A DNA stretch of 64,000 nucleotides from an uncultured Candidatus Saccharibacteria bacterium (GTDB taxonomy: Bacteria; Patescibacteriota; Minisyncoccia; 2-02-FULL-40-12; GWA2-44-9), in NCBI GenBank assembly GCA_964513645.1, contig CAZENF010000003.1, positions 26,425 to 90,424 of the forward strand, given 5' to 3'. The number at the start of each line of letters is the position of its first letter. Positions within the stretch are counted from its first letter, which is position 1. The position numbers were made by a program, and so were the translations under genes. The notes beneath the pieces were generated by a model. That model saw only the letters and a program-made list of their open reading frames with translations, was not told the origin of the DNA and did not search any database. Shown piece by piece: positions 30,636-41,947 of the stretch.

Positions 30636-33600
30636 ATGCGGAGGAGTTCTGTTTTTGTATCTGTTTTTTTACTGCTTATTTTGTTTTCTCTGCCCGTTTA
30701 TGCTCAATATGGCAAGAACTCTGTTATTTGGGAAAAAACCGAATGGCATTTTTACCAATCCGAACATTTTGATTACTACATTACGATGGATGTTAAGGAA
30801 GATGTCATTCAGCCTCACTTTAATTCTTTAGTCGAGCATCTCGAAGCTTCTTATGAAAATCTTAGCTCAAGTCTCGGCCAAGACCTTAAGCGTAGGCCTC
30901 TGGTAATTGTAACCCGGACCCACAGCCAGTTCGAAGCTTTGCCGATAGGCGATCCGTTCATGTCTGAAGGCGTTGGTGCTTATGCCATGCCGCGCGGCTC
31001 GCGTCTTCTACCCGGTTCCGAACTTCTTCTTGTTGTTAAACCTGACTTTTTGCCGGTTCTTAACCGGACCATTTATACCCACGAGCTGACCCATATTTTC
31101 CAGTTCGACATGGTTGGTGGAAATATGCTTAGCCGGGCGATGAATTCTGGACCCGAACCGTGGCTTTATGAAGCTACGGCCGAGTATAAGGCCAACCGTT
31201 TCGCGCCTTATACCCGCGATGACATAAGAAAAATGACCCAGCGGGTTGCTGCGGCCAACATCAAAAATCCCCAGATCGGTGGTTTGCCGACCCTCGAAAT
31301 GTGTCAGGAAGGCCAGGCCAATCCTTACGCGGAATGTGAAATGGTTTTTGAATTTTTGGATGCGCGCTACGGTCCTAAAAAGGTCGACGAGTTCATCGTT
31401 AATCTTTTCAAGAACCGCAGGTTGAATTTTATGGGATTGTTGGAAGAAATTTCTAAAGGCGAGTTTTCAAGCCGTGAAGCGTTTGACCGCGCTCACCGCG
31501 ACTATTGGACCTCGCGTTATTCGGAGGATTCTCTCAAAAGGCCTCAGCCTTACAACGATACTTTAAGCGTAAAAGGGCGTCAGGTTCTCAAAAGACCTAA
31601 TGTTTTCCCTTTTATGTCGCCAGTTGTTTCGCACGACGGCTATATTGCTTTTCTGACCTATAACCGGAAATACGGCATTGTCGTTGCGACGGCCAAGAAT
31701 TTGCCGCGCGAAGATCCGCCTTTCATTCCCCGTGAAAAAAGGAAGAAGCAGTGGATGTTCGGCCAAAAAACCATTTCTGAAGTTCAGGAAGTGAACATCC
31801 TGACCGGATTTGTTCCGCCCAAGCCGTACGAATATATTGTTTCCCAGGAAATGGAAACCTGGCCTTTCAATGGTTCAGACCTTGATTGGTGGCAGGATCA
31901 TGACTGGGTCGAAATGATTAAATATGCAAAAGAAAAGATCAATCTTGAAAAAAAGAAATATGTTCAACTTGAGGACGAAGCCAAAAGCGAGAAGAAAGTT
32001 TTCAATCTAGAGCAAGTATCCCGTGAGATTGCCAAGGCCGAGGAAACTCTCGCCGAACTTTACAAGACCCGCAACGTTAATCTTATAGCTTTCTTTGCCC
32101 GATATAACCGGGATCATGCTCTGTTCATTCTCGATGTTAATGCAAAAAAACTCTCAAAACCCATTGAAATACCGCTTGACCAAGGTTTTTCACCCAAGTT
32201 CAGTTCTGACGGCAGGACCATTTATTTTTCGGCGGCCAAGAATATTGACCGCGATATCTATTCCATTGATCTCAAAACTCACGAGACAAAAAATCTTACC
32301 CAAGGCGGAGTATTCAACAGCGCTCCGGCAATATCACCCGACGGGCATTATCTGGCTTATGTCAGTTTTGTCGGCGATTTCCAGAAAATTTTTATCCTGG
32401 ACACAACGACCGGAACAAAAAGCCAACTGACCTACGGACGGTACAACGATAATTCTCCGAGCTGGTCGTCTGACGGTTCGCGATTGGTCTACACTTCTGA
32501 CGAGAAAGACAATATCTGGAATTTGTACACCCTTGATCTCGGTTCTTTGGCTGTAAAGCAGTGGACCGATTTCTACGGCGGTGTCTTTATGCCGGTTTTT
32601 GTCCCCGGTGAGAATGACCGGGTGGTCAATTCGGTCTTTTTCGAGACCGATCAGTATCACAATTTCATTTTCCCGAATTTCAAGTTGTTTGATGATGTTC
32701 TGAAGGAACCTCTCCGGACAGAGAATGTTCAGGATAAGGATTCGAACCTGAACATGCAGCTTGCTTTCCGACCGGAAACCACGGTTGGCCGAGAGATAGA
32801 CCAAAGACAGCTCGACCATCCTCAAGAGCCGCCGTCCCGGTGGCAATTCCATGGGAGCAATGTCAGTTTAGGCACAAGTACTTACTGGGGAGCTTTCGCC
32901 TTTTCCCAGGTCATGGTCCAAGACCTCCTGGCTCACCGGACTCATTCCGGACTTTTCGCCTCGAATGGAGATTTCAAGTACTACGACTATACTTACATCG
33001 ACCAGTCACAGCGCTGGGCTAAGGCCCTGAACTTTAACTATTCCCAGTATCCGCTTTATTACGTTTACTATAACTTCCAGGGCCAGCAGCCGCAGTATCC
33101 AAGCGCTGATCCGAAGAATACCTCAAACCAGACGATTCTGAACAACACCTGGCAACAGGAGCTTAGCGCTACTTTATTCACCCAATACCCGTTTAACAAA
33201 TGGGAGCGGGTTGAATTAGGTATCCGTCCGCACAAACTTAATTACCTCATACCTTTTGAAATATCGTCCGATGACCGGCCGAACGTGCCGCCCATCGACC
33301 TTCAATTCTACGACTATTTCAAAAATGCCGGTGGTAAGTCCAATCTTGGTCTGACCGCGGCTTACGTCCACGATACGGTGCTATATAACCGGGATGCCGG
33401 ACCGTTGAACGGTACGGCTCTGCGCGGACAGATCGAATTCGGTTTGCCTCTGGATAAAGTCTCGCCAAGCTATACCAGCGCCTCGGTTGATGCCCGTTGG
33501 TATCATCAGCTTGCCGGTAGCGCCTTAGTTGCCGCCAGGTTTGCCGGTATGTCGAGTAGCCGTCCGAACGGAGATTTTATCCTCTTGGGCGGTACCGATA

Positions 33601-33908
33601 CTTTGACCGCTTATCCTTACTTCAGTGTCGCCGGCAATCAGGTTGCCTACGGCAGGGGAGAACTGCGTATTCCTTTTGCCGACCTTATTCTGGGCGGAGT
33701 TGTTCCGGTCGGGATTCGAGGCACGGTTTTCGGCGATGCCGCAAAATTAAAATTCACCGAAAGTGTGTTTCCGGCCCAGACCGAGTGGTCATACGGGTTC
33801 AGTCTACAGACGAATTTATTCTTACCCATGAGTTTTGAATGGGCCAGAACCAAGTTCGCACCTAACAACTGGACTTTCAATTTCCGCATCGGAGTTTGGG
33901 GTTTCTAA
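30636..33908 (+). CDS. Fusion of metallopeptidase-like (HExxH), TolB/PD40 propeller and Omp85/BamA-TamA-like barrel domains
   Basis: HELTH...EATAEY; SPKFSSDG, PAISPDG, SPSWSSDG repeats; LGGTDTL.AY, ELRIPF, C-terminal FNFRIGVWGF. Confidence 0.75.
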   Translation: MRRSSVFVSVFLLLILFSLPVYAQYGKNSVIWEKTEWHFYQSEHFDYYITMDVKEDVIQPHFNSLVEHLEASYENLSSSLGQDLKRRPLVIVTRTHSQFEALPIGDPFMSEGVGAYAMPRGSRLLPGSELLLVVKPDFLPVLNRTIYTHELTHIFQFDMVGGNMLSRAMNSGPEPWLYEATAEYKANRFAPYTRDDIRKMTQRVAAANIKNPQIGGLPTLEMCQEGQANPYAECEMVFEFLDARYGPKKVDEFIVNLFKNRRLNFMGLLEEISKGEFSSREAFDRAHRDYWTSRYSEDSLKRPQPYNDTLSVKGRQVLKRPNVFPFMSPVVSHDGYIAFLTYNRKYGIVVATAKNLPREDPPFIPREKRKKQWMFGQKTISEVQEVNILTGFVPPKPYEYIVSQEMETWPFNGSDLDWWQDHDWVEMIKYAKEKINLEKKKYVQLEDEAKSEKKVFNLEQVSREIAKAEETLAELYKTRNVNLIAFFARYNRDHALFILDVNAKKLSKPIEIPLDQGFSPKFSSDGRTIYFSAAKNIDRDIYSIDLKTHETKNLTQGGVFNSAPAISPDGHYLAYVSFVGDFQKIFILDTTTGTKSQLTYGRYNDNSPSWSSDGSRLVYTSDEKDNIWNLYTLDLGSLAVKQWTDFYGGVFMPVFVPGENDRVVNSVFFETDQYHNFIFPNFKLFDDVLKEPLRTENVQDKDSNLNMQLAFRPETTVGREIDQRQLDHPQEPPSRWQFHGSNVSLGTSTYWGAFAFSQVMVQDLLAHRTHSGLFASNGDFKYYDYTYIDQSQRWAKALNFNYSQYPLYYVYYNFQGQQPQYPSADPKNTSNQTILNNTWQQELSATLFTQYPFNKWERVELGIRPHKLNYLIPFEISSDDRPNVPPIDLQFYDYFKNAGGKSNLGLTAAYVHDTVLYNRDAGPLNGTALRGQIEFGLPLDKVSPSYTSASVDARWYHQLAGSALVAARFAGMSSSRPNGDFILLGGTDTLTAYPYFSVAGNQVAYGRGELRIPFADLILGGVVPVGIRGTVFGDAAKLKFTESVFPAQTEWSYGFSLQTNLFLPMSFEWARTKFAPNNWTFNFRIGVWGF

Positions 33909-34008
33909 ACTCTTAAAGGCCTTCATTTAACGAAGGCCTTTTAAATTGACAGTGTCTTTCGGCGGTGTATATTTACATTAATCAGAGGTTCTTTTAAAAA
34001 GAGGTTTT

Positions 34009-34662
34009 GTGGTCAAATTACTCTTATTTTCCTTTATGGTTATGACCTTTATTTTGCCGTCAAAAACTTTCGGTCAGAGTGCTGACAGGCCTGATATAAG
34101 CGGCTGGGATATGGTCAGTGAAAGACAGCTCGAATTTAGAGCTAATGACTATACCACCGTTTTTGTTGGTCTGGTTAGAGAGTACCGGGATCCAGAGAAC
34201 GAAGATGTGCATGTGCAGATATTTAACCGGCACATAGTTTTGGTCTCAGAAAGACCGAGAGAAGATGCTACCGATCCTAATTACGGAAGGTCGGCTTTGA
34301 CCCTTGGTTCTGGAACAAATTTTCATCTGAAGCGGCAGCAGGATGCGTTGGAAAGAGTTCGGAAATCTGTCGATCCGGTCGCTTATATCCGCTGGCAAGT
34401 AACACATGACGAGCGTTCCGGCCAGGATTTTCTAACTGGAAAAGTTGAGTCGTGGCTTTTGGACCAGGGCAACAATTGGGTCTATGCTCCCGGTACGAAG
34501 ATAACCGAAGCTCCTCTTACCGAGCCTTCAAAGATAGACCCGAAAAAGACGGTCATTGTCGGTCTAAGGCTTTCTCTCGGCCGTTCCATCCACCTTTTGC
34601 GTGCTGATCAAAACGATCTCCTGGCGCTCGAGGTCAGAAGGAAGGCTTCAAATGCCAAGTAA
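34009..34662 (+). CDS. Exported hypothetical protein
   Basis: Signal peptide; own promoter and SD. Confidence 0.6.
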   Translation: MVKLLLFSFMVMTFILPSKTFGQSADRPDISGWDMVSERQLEFRANDYTTVFVGLVREYRDPENEDVHVQIFNRHIVLVSERPREDATDPNYGRSALTLGSGTNFHLKRQQDALERVRKSVDPVAYIRWQVTHDERSGQDFLTGKVESWLLDQGNNWVYAPGTKITEAPLTEPSKIDPKKTVIVGLRLSLGRSIHLLRADQNDLLALEVRRKASNAK

Positions 34663-35935
34663 GCGTTTTGGTTTTCTGATGACCTTTTTCTTTTTCGTCT
34701 CGGCTGTTTTGGCCGGGGCTCAAGGCAGGAATACGGATATTCCTCCTGATATACCCGAATATTTTTTGCAGCGCTACGGCCACTTTGTTCTCAAGAATGA
34801 GTACAAGGCGATCGAGAAACTGGATAAAAAACTTAAAGATCTGGACAAACATCATGCTTCGGATATAGAGAAAGCTCCATTCTTGACTGAACGAGAGAAG
34901 CTTATAAAAGAGTTTTGGGACAAACGTGATATTGATCCGTCAACGCCTGAAAATGAGTTCAAGGCCATGGTCGATGAACGCATAGATGATATTGCCGAGG
35001 AAAGATATTTTTCCCATCCGGATACAATGGGTCTGCTTTTCAGATCAAACGACGGTTATCACGGAGCGATGGCCAAGGTTTACCTTCTCCACGGTAATCC
35101 GGACGCTATTTCGGTCATGCCCCAGTCAAATTATTTCAGCGATATGATGTTGTGGCTTTATATGGACAAAGAAAGAGGCAGTATCAGATTTGCATTCTTG
35201 TTCTACAGGCGGAGGAACTTAGGCGGTTACATGTTACTTAACCAGGACTCATATCGTATGGATCCGTGTCAGGCGGTGAACGAAGTTATGCTCATGCCGA
35301 CCTTTTCTTTGCAGGGCTGTACTGAGGAAATACTGAATGCTCTTAATCAGCTTCAGATTGCTCAAACCAGTGACAACACTCCAGGTTATGTGTTCGCCTG
35401 GGCGCTTTCTAATTTTTCCCAGGATCCTTCCATTATGCAGGGCCAGGCTCTTGAGCCGCCTCTGCCTGCAACGGCCGCAATTCAGGGCTTAAATTCGAGA
35501 GTTGTCGGAGAAGCGGCGCCTTCAGTCAGCGGCGGAAAAACATTTAAGCCGGTCTTGGCAGAATGTCCGATGTGTAATTCGATGATACCGACATATATTT
35601 CGCTGAAAGATATGAACCTCTCCGTTGCCCAGAAAGATCTCGACTGGTCTGTACCGGAAGAGAGTAAGATCAAGGCCGATCTGAATTTAACAGTAATTAT
35701 AGAATTTCTTGGTGATAAGTCCGCCAAACCTTTAATTTTTGACAACAACGTAACTATCACCGGGTCCAAAGATTTCCTCGATAAAAATCCTGCCCACAAT
35801 CTAAAAATTCCTCTCGGAAACAAGGCCGAACTGGCTTCCGTTCCCGCCGGAAATTACCGGGTCTACATATATTTAAAAAATAATCTGACCAATAAATATA
35901 CCGCTTTGATGATAGAAAAATTTGTTAAGCAATAA
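34652..35935 (+). CDS. GWxTD-domain-like exported protein (degenerate motif)
   Basis: EFWDKRDIDPSTPENEFK...RI...VYLLHGNPD; GYHGA occupies the GWxTD position. Confidence 0.7.
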   Translation: MPSKRFGFLMTFFFFVSAVLAGAQGRNTDIPPDIPEYFLQRYGHFVLKNEYKAIEKLDKKLKDLDKHHASDIEKAPFLTEREKLIKEFWDKRDIDPSTPENEFKAMVDERIDDIAEERYFSHPDTMGLLFRSNDGYHGAMAKVYLLHGNPDAISVMPQSNYFSDMMLWLYMDKERGSIRFAFLFYRRRNLGGYMLLNQDSYRMDPCQAVNEVMLMPTFSLQGCTEEILNALNQLQIAQTSDNTPGYVFAWALSNFSQDPSIMQGQALEPPLPATAAIQGLNSRVVGEAAPSVSGGKTFKPVLAECPMCNSMIPTYISLKDMNLSVAQKDLDWSVPEESKIKADLNLTVIIEFLGDKSAKPLIFDNNVTITGSKDFLDKNPAHNLKIPLGNKAELASVPAGNYRVYIYLKNNLTNKYTALMIEKFVKQ

Positions 35936-35992
35936 ACCCCTTTCAGGGGTTTTATTTTTCAATAATTCTGTGTTAAATTTACGCTATAATCT

Positions 35993-37807
35993 ATGAGCGA
36001 TAACATCTCTCAAATTAAAGAACGCCTGAATGTAGTGGACGTCATTTCGGGTTATATAAAGGTCCAGAAATCGGGGGTTAATTTTAAGGCCCGATGCCCT
36101 TTTCATAACGAGAAAACCCCGTCATTTTATATTTCTCCCGAACGTCAGATCTGGCATTGTTTTGGTTGTCAGAAGGGCGGAGATGTTTTCGGCTTCGTTA
36201 AGGAAATAGAAGGAGTCGAATTTCCTGAAGCCCTAAGGATGTTGGCCCAGAAGGCCGGTGTTAAGTTGCATAACTTTGATCCTTCGATAAAAGATAAAAA
36301 AGCGGTTCTCTACGAGATAACCGAAGTTTCCGCAAAGTTTTTTGAAAAACAGCTTCATCATTCATCGGTCGGCAAAAAAGCTTTTAACTATCTCAAAGAA
36401 AGAGGAATGTCTGAAGATACCATCACAGAATTCCGTCTCGGTTTTGCCCCGGATGACTGGCATGGATTGTCTAATTTTTTGCGTGATTGCGGTTATCAAG
36501 AAAAAGATATCGTTGAGTCTGGTTTGGCTATAAAAAAAGAGACCGGTGGCGATATTTATGACCGGTTCCGTTCGAGAATAATTTTTCCAATAGCCGATAT
36601 TCATGACCAGGTCGTGGGTTTTACTGGACGGGTGTTTGAATACGCCAAGACGCCCGAATTTCCCGGCCACAAAGCCGTTGAACCGGGAGCGAAATATATT
36701 AATACACCCCAGACCTCAATCTATGACAAAAGCCGTGTGCTCTACTGTCTGAACAAGGGAAAAACCGAGGCCCGGCAGGCAGACCGCTGCCTACTTGTCG
36801 AAGGCAATATGGATGCTATAATGTCATATCAAGCCGGAGTCAAGAACGTAGCTGCTACCTCAGGTACAGCCCTTACTCCGAGTCACCTGCAACTTTTGCA
36901 GAGATACACAAGTAACCTTGATTTTTGCTTCGATACTGACCAGGCCGGACTAGTCGCCACCAGGCGGGGATTGGGACTGGCTCTAAGCCAGAATTTAAAT
37001 GTTAAAATAATCCCCCTTAAAGATCCGGACTGTAAAGATCCTGCCGACTATGTTAAAAAGTTCGGTGAGAAGTGGCAGGAATTGGTTAAAACGGCTAAGC
37101 CGGTAGTAGATTTTTATTTTGAAAAGTTGAGTTCCGAGTTTGACCTGGCAAGCGTTGAAGGCAAAAAAGCCGTCATTGCCTCGCTCGGCCCCCTTATCCG
37201 GCGTTTGACCAGTCGGGTTGAACGTTCGCATTGGATATCCAAATTAGCCGTCGCTTTTAAGACCAAAGAAGACGCGATTGAAGCGGATATATTATCGGCA
37301 AAGGATGACCTCGATGTTTATATTGCCGACCAGCCCAAAAAAATTTCCGAACAAAAAGTTCCGGAGGTCAAACCGGTCGGGGATATGCTTCTCGAAGCTT
37401 TGCTTGCCGTTATTATCCGGAAGCCATTGTTGTTCAAAGATCATTTACCGGAATTAAGACCCGAATTGCTTAACGGACCGACTGCCGACATTGTAAGTGA
37501 AATTAAAAAAACAAATCTTGATAATTTCAAGTTCGGAAAATTTTCTGAAAGATTCGAGAATGCCGAGAAAATGCATCTCGAGTTTTCCTATCTGAAGGCC
37601 CAGGAATTTTTATCAGATTTCAGTGATGAAGACCTTGTGGCCGAATTCAATAATATCAGGAACAAACTTGAAAGACGGGCGCTGTCGGTTCAGCTGGCCG
37701 GACTCGAGTTCGATATCAAAGCGGCCGAAGCTGGAAAAGATAAAGTACGCTTGGCTGTGCTTTTGAAAGATTTCGACAAATTAGCCAAAGACCTGAATAA
37801 AAATTAA
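35993..37807 (+). CDS. dnaG: DNA primase
   Basis: [38 protein letters not shown]. Confidence 0.97.
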   Translation: MSDNISQIKERLNVVDVISGYIKVQKSGVNFKARCPFHNEKTPSFYISPERQIWHCFGCQKGGDVFGFVKEIEGVEFPEALRMLAQKAGVKLHNFDPSIKDKKAVLYEITEVSAKFFEKQLHHSSVGKKAFNYLKERGMSEDTITEFRLGFAPDDWHGLSNFLRDCGYQEKDIVESGLAIKKETGGDIYDRFRSRIIFPIADIHDQVVGFTGRVFEYAKTPEFPGHKAVEPGAKYINTPQTSIYDKSRVLYCLNKGKTEARQADRCLLVEGNMDAIMSYQAGVKNVAATSGTALTPSHLQLLQRYTSNLDFCFDTDQAGLVATRRGLGLALSQNLNVKIIPLKDPDCKDPADYVKKFGEKWQELVKTAKPVVDFYFEKLSSEFDLASVEGKKAVIASLGPLIRRLTSRVERSHWISKLAVAFKTKEDAIEADILSAKDDLDVYIADQPKKISEQKVPEVKPVGDMLLEALLAVIIRKPLLFKDHLPELRPELLNGPTADIVSEIKKTNLDNFKFGKFSERFENAEKMHLEFSYLKAQEFLSDFSDEDLVAEFNNIRNKLERRALSVQLAGLEFDIKAAEAGKDKVRLAVLLKDFDKLAKDLNKN

Positions 37808-37817
37808 TTTAAAAAAT

Positions 37818-39020
37818 TTGAAAAAGAATAAAAATAAAAAAGCTTCTAAGAAGCCAGCCAAGAAAAAGGTCAAAGCCTCCAAACCTAAGAAGGTCAAAAA
37901 ACTTAAGAAAGTTAGTAAGACGAGAGAGGCTTCGCCTAAAAAGTCGCCTATCACTGAAGGTCAGGTTTTGGCTTTGATAGAAAAAGGCAAACACCGGGGC
38001 TTTGTCACTCAAGCCGAAATAATCAATACTTTTCCCAATCTTGAAAAGGACATTAAAGGCCTCGAAGGATTATATGATCGTCTTGAAGCTTCGAACATAA
38101 ACATCATTGAATCCGGTCAGGTTTTTCATGAGGAAAAGGCGAGAGAGTATGATGAAAAGAAAAAAGTCGAACTGGAACTTGAAGAGGCCTCGACCTCGGA
38201 CTCGGTCCAGATGTATCTTCGTGAAATAGGTAAATACGCTCTTTTGTCGAGTGAAGAGGAAGTAGAATTGGCCAAAAGGATAGAGAAGAACGACGAAGCG
38301 GCCCGTCACAAACTGGCGCTTTCAAATTTGCGTTTGGTTGTTTCTATTGCCAAAAAATATGTCGGCCGTTCGCCGAATCTGACATTACTTGATTTGATAC
38401 AGGAGGGGAACATCGGTTTGTTCAAAGCGGTTGAAAAATTCGATTACAAGCGTGGTTATAAATTTTCGACTTACGCCACCTGGTGGATACGGCAAGCCAT
38501 TACGCGTGCCTTGGCTGATCAGGGCAAAACCATCCGTATCCCGGTTCACATGGTTGAGACGATAAATAAATACCAGCAGGTTGTCCGGCGTTTGGTCCAG
38601 GACCTGGGCCGCGAACCGTTGCCGGAAGAAACAGCTGCCGAAATGGGTGTTGAAGTCGACAAGATAAGATATATCCAGAAGATTTCCCAGGACACCGTTT
38701 CTCTTGAAGCACCGGTGGGCCAGGACGATGAAGACAGCGCTCTTGAAAGTTTTATTCCTGATGAAGACACCATCACGCCTTCAATGGCTACCGCGCGTAA
38801 AATTCTCAAGACCCATTTGCAGGAGATAATCAATGACCTGACTCCAAGAGAGCAGAAAATTCTCGATATGCGTTTTGGTCTGACTGACGGCGTGACCCAC
38901 ACTCTGGAAGAAGTAGGCAAGGTCTTCACCGTCACCCGCGAACGTATCAGGCAAATCGAAGCCAAGGCTCTCGAAAAAATCAGGCAACACCATAAGGTAG
39001 AGAAGCTAAAAGGATACTAA
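37818..39020 (+). CDS. rpoD: Primary sigma factor RpoD/SigA
   Basis: [45 protein letters not shown]. Confidence 0.97.
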   Translation: MKKNKNKKASKKPAKKKVKASKPKKVKKLKKVSKTREASPKKSPITEGQVLALIEKGKHRGFVTQAEIINTFPNLEKDIKGLEGLYDRLEASNINIIESGQVFHEEKAREYDEKKKVELELEEASTSDSVQMYLREIGKYALLSSEEEVELAKRIEKNDEAARHKLALSNLRLVVSIAKKYVGRSPNLTLLDLIQEGNIGLFKAVEKFDYKRGYKFSTYATWWIRQAITRALADQGKTIRIPVHMVETINKYQQVVRRLVQDLGREPLPEETAAEMGVEVDKIRYIQKISQDTVSLEAPVGQDDEDSALESFIPDEDTITPSMATARKILKTHLQEIINDLTPREQKILDMRFGLTDGVTHTLEEVGKVFTVTRERIRQIEAKALEKIRQHHKVEKLKGY

Positions 39021-39048
39021 AAATATTCTTTTAATTTTGGTATAATGT

Positions 39049-39822
39049 TTGGATATGGACAATGAAATGAACTTTGCGGAGCCGGCAGGGGAAGGACCAG
39101 GATCGGAAATGCCGGAAATTCCACCTCACTTATCCGTCCCTCATTGGGTAATTGTTTCTATGACCATTATTGCCGTCATCGGCTACTTTATGGTTTCTTA
39201 TGTTTATGCCCTTTGGCCTTTCGGCAGTCTTCTCCCTCCTTTGCCGCCCCTTAGTCCGGTCACTAATATCGGTTCTGTGCCTTATTACACTCCTTATCCC
39301 GAAGAATCTCTCGGTGTTGATATAACTCCTTCTCCAACTCCCGGAATGTCCGACACCTCGACCTGGAAAACCTACACCAACAGCCAGTACGGGTTTAGTT
39401 TTATGTATCCGGGGGATTGGATTGAGGATAAAATTGGCTCAGATGGCGAAGTAACTTCACTTTCTAGTCCAGAAACAATTAAAGAGCGTAAAAATTGTGT
39501 TGAGGGTTGTGGCCCGGACATATCCTTTAATTATCATTTGAATATTAGAGATCTTCGGGATGTTAAATATAATGGTGTTAAGGCTCAAACCCTCTACGAT
39601 TATGTACATTCTGGAAATGGAGCTATTATAAATGTTGAACCGATTATAATATCTGGCCAGAGTGGTTTCGATATGGTTTATGCAGGGGAATCTGGTGTCT
39701 ATGCTATCTTAATTCAAAAAGATAGCCATATTTACGAAATAATTTTCGATAATGCTTTTGATAAAAATCAATTAAGTACAACCGATAACCAAATCCTCTC
39801 CACCTTCAAATTCATTCAATAA
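39049..39822 (+). CDS. Membrane-anchored PsbP-like domain protein
   Basis: TM helix, Pro-rich linker, DTSTWKTYTNSQYGFSFMYP...NQILSTFKF. Confidence 0.7.
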   Translation: MDMDNEMNFAEPAGEGPGSEMPEIPPHLSVPHWVIVSMTIIAVIGYFMVSYVYALWPFGSLLPPLPPLSPVTNIGSVPYYTPYPEESLGVDITPSPTPGMSDTSTWKTYTNSQYGFSFMYPGDWIEDKIGSDGEVTSLSSPETIKERKNCVEGCGPDISFNYHLNIRDLRDVKYNGVKAQTLYDYVHSGNGAIINVEPIIISGQSGFDMVYAGESGVYAILIQKDSHIYEIIFDNAFDKNQLSTTDNQILSTFKFIQ

Positions 39823-39826
39823 AGAA

Positions 39827-40042
39827 GCAAAACTCTTTTATCTCGCAGACCGTCTTTTTTCGAGCGGCTACAATATTAGAATTAATTGAAAATTAAGTTA
39901 TCCAACAAATTTGAGAGGAGTTCCACCGCCATATTGGCGGATATACAGGACGACGAGGCTCAAATTTATTAACTTAATTGAGATTAATTCTAATATTTAG
40001 CCACGAAGACAAAAAGTAGGTCAAGAAATGAAAGAGCTTTGC
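39827..40042. other. About 215-nt imperfect long hairpin
   Basis: Nested arms aatattagaattaat/attaattctaatatt, aattaagtta/taacttaatt, aaatttgag/ctcaaattt, ccgcca/tggcgg. Confidence 0.7.
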
Positions 40043-40090
40043 GAGCCAATCCTACTTGTATGACTTTCCTACTTATGTTAGCATGCCTTC

Positions 40091-40336
40091 ATGATTCCTA
40101 AGACTCACAAATCTCATCTCTTTTACGGAACAACCACTATTGGCGAGAAAGGCCAGACGGTCATTCCGGTTAAAGCCCGTGAAGCAATGGGTATGAAAAA
40201 AGGGGAACAACTGCTCGTTTTCGGCATGGGTCATGAAATGCTCGTTTTTTCAAAGCTTTCTAATCTCGAAAAATTAGCCAGCCATTTGGAGGATAAATTA
40301 AGAGGTTTAAGGAAGATAATTAAGAAAAAGAAATAA
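40091..40336 (+). CDS. AbrB/MazE/SpoVT-family regulator
   Basis: TTIGEKGQTVIPVKAREAMG. Confidence 0.85.
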   Translation: MIPKTHKSHLFYGTTTIGEKGQTVIPVKAREAMGMKKGEQLLVFGMGHEMLVFSKLSNLEKLASHLEDKLRGLRKIIKKKK

Positions 40337-41139
40337 TGGAGAATATAATCGAAGCACAACATTTAAGCAAAAAATTCAACGGCTTTACGGCCGTTGATCA
40401 TATTTCCTTTGAGGTTAAAAAAGGGGAGATTTTTGCGTTCCTCGGCCCTAACGGCGCCGGCAAGTCAACAACTATAAAGATGCTGACGACCCTGCTTCAT
40501 CCGACCGATGGCCATTTGAAGCTCGATGGTTACGATCCGGTCAAAGACCCGACCTCTGTCAGGCGTTCATTTGGAATTGTTTTTCAGGACCCGAGTCTGG
40601 ATGACGAACTGACCGCTTTTGAGAATATGCAGTTCCATGGAGTTTTGTATGGCATTTCTAAAGAGCTTGGCGAGAAAAGAACGGAAGAACTGTTAAAAAT
40701 TGTTGAACTTTGGGATAGGCGGAATGACCTGGTCAAACAATTTTCGGGCGGAATGAAAAGACGACTCGAAATAGCCCGCGGTTTGCTTCATCATCCGAAG
40801 ATATTGTTTCTGGACGAGCCGACCCTGGGACTTGATCCGCAGACCCGCAATCATATGTGGAACTATGTTAAAAATTTGAACAACACCGAAGGCATAACCG
40901 TTTTCTTCACCACTCACTATATGGAGGAGGCAGAAAAAATAGCCCAGAGAATTGCAATTATTGACCACGGCAAGATAGTAGCTTCAGGAACTTCACAGGA
41001 TTTGAAAGCTTCGACCGGGACCCAAACTCTCGAGGAAGCGTTCCTCAAACTTACCGGCAATACTATGCGCGAAGAGGAGTCGAGCGCGGTGGACCATTTG
41101 AGAATGGGTGCAAGGATGTGGAGAGGTCAGCGAAGATAA
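40336..41139 (+). CDS. ABC exporter ATPase (DrrA-like)
   Basis: GPNGAGKS, FSGGMKRRLEIA, LDEPTLGLD. Confidence 0.93.
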   Translation: MENIIEAQHLSKKFNGFTAVDHISFEVKKGEIFAFLGPNGAGKSTTIKMLTTLLHPTDGHLKLDGYDPVKDPTSVRRSFGIVFQDPSLDDELTAFENMQFHGVLYGISKELGEKRTEELLKIVELWDRRNDLVKQFSGGMKRRLEIARGLLHHPKILFLDEPTLGLDPQTRNHMWNYVKNLNNTEGITVFFTTHYMEEAEKIAQRIAIIDHGKIVASGTSQDLKASTGTQTLEEAFLKLTGNTMREEESSAVDHLRMGARMWRGQRR

Positions 41140-41150
41140 ATTTTAAATAT

Positions 41151-41897
41151 ATGTCGACAATATACATACTTTGGTTAAGACAATTAAAAAGATACTTCCG
41201 TTCAAAGTCGAGGATAATCGGTTCTTTGGGGCAGCCGTTGTTATTCCTTCTCGCCTTGGGTTACGGCTTCGGCCCTGTTTTCCAGAAAGCCGGCCAGGGA
41301 AGTTATATTCAATTCCTGGCGCCGGGTGTTATCGGGATGGGTATAATTTTTACCGCGATATTTTCAGGGATTGAAATAATCTGGGACAGACAATTCGGTT
41401 TTTTGAAAGAAACTCTCGTGGCACCGGTTTCCCGTTTCAATATTATGCTTGGCCGGACGATGGGCGGAGCGACGGTTGCCACCTTCCAAGGGATAATAGT
41501 TTTTATCCTGGCATTACTGGCCGGTTTTCGTCCGATAAGCTGGGTTATGGCGCCCTTGATAATCCCGGTCATGTTTCTGGTGGCTTTGCTTTTTACCGCT
41601 TTAGGCACCGCGATTGCCTCACGTCTCGAAGATATGCAGGGTTTTCAGCTGATAATGAATTTTTTGGTAATGCCCTTGTTTTTCCTTTCGGGTTCTCTGT
41701 TCCCTTTGAGCGGTTTACCTGCTGCAATATTGATCGTTGCTAAAGCTGACCCGCTTTCCTACGGAATAGACTCTTTCAGGGGAATTCTTCTAAATTCTTC
41801 TCATTTTGGCCTGTCCCATGATCTGGCAATTCTTACTGTTGTTACTTTTTTGTTCATCTGGGTCGGCAGTTATTTATTCTCAAAGATACAGGTCTGA
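41151..41897 (+). CDS. ABC-2 type permease (DrrB-like)
   Basis: DRQFGFLKETLVAPVSR, FLSG, PLSYG. Confidence 0.9.
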   Translation: MSTIYILWLRQLKRYFRSKSRIIGSLGQPLLFLLALGYGFGPVFQKAGQGSYIQFLAPGVIGMGIIFTAIFSGIEIIWDRQFGFLKETLVAPVSRFNIMLGRTMGGATVATFQGIIVFILALLAGFRPISWVMAPLIIPVMFLVALLFTALGTAIASRLEDMQGFQLIMNFLVMPLFFLSGSLFPLSGLPAAILIVAKADPLSYGIDSFRGILLNSSHFGLSHDLAILTVVTFLFIWVGSYLFSKIQV

Positions 41898-41947
41898 CAA
41901 TTGGACTTATACTCCGGGCTACTTTGTAATATAATTAATGTATAGAA

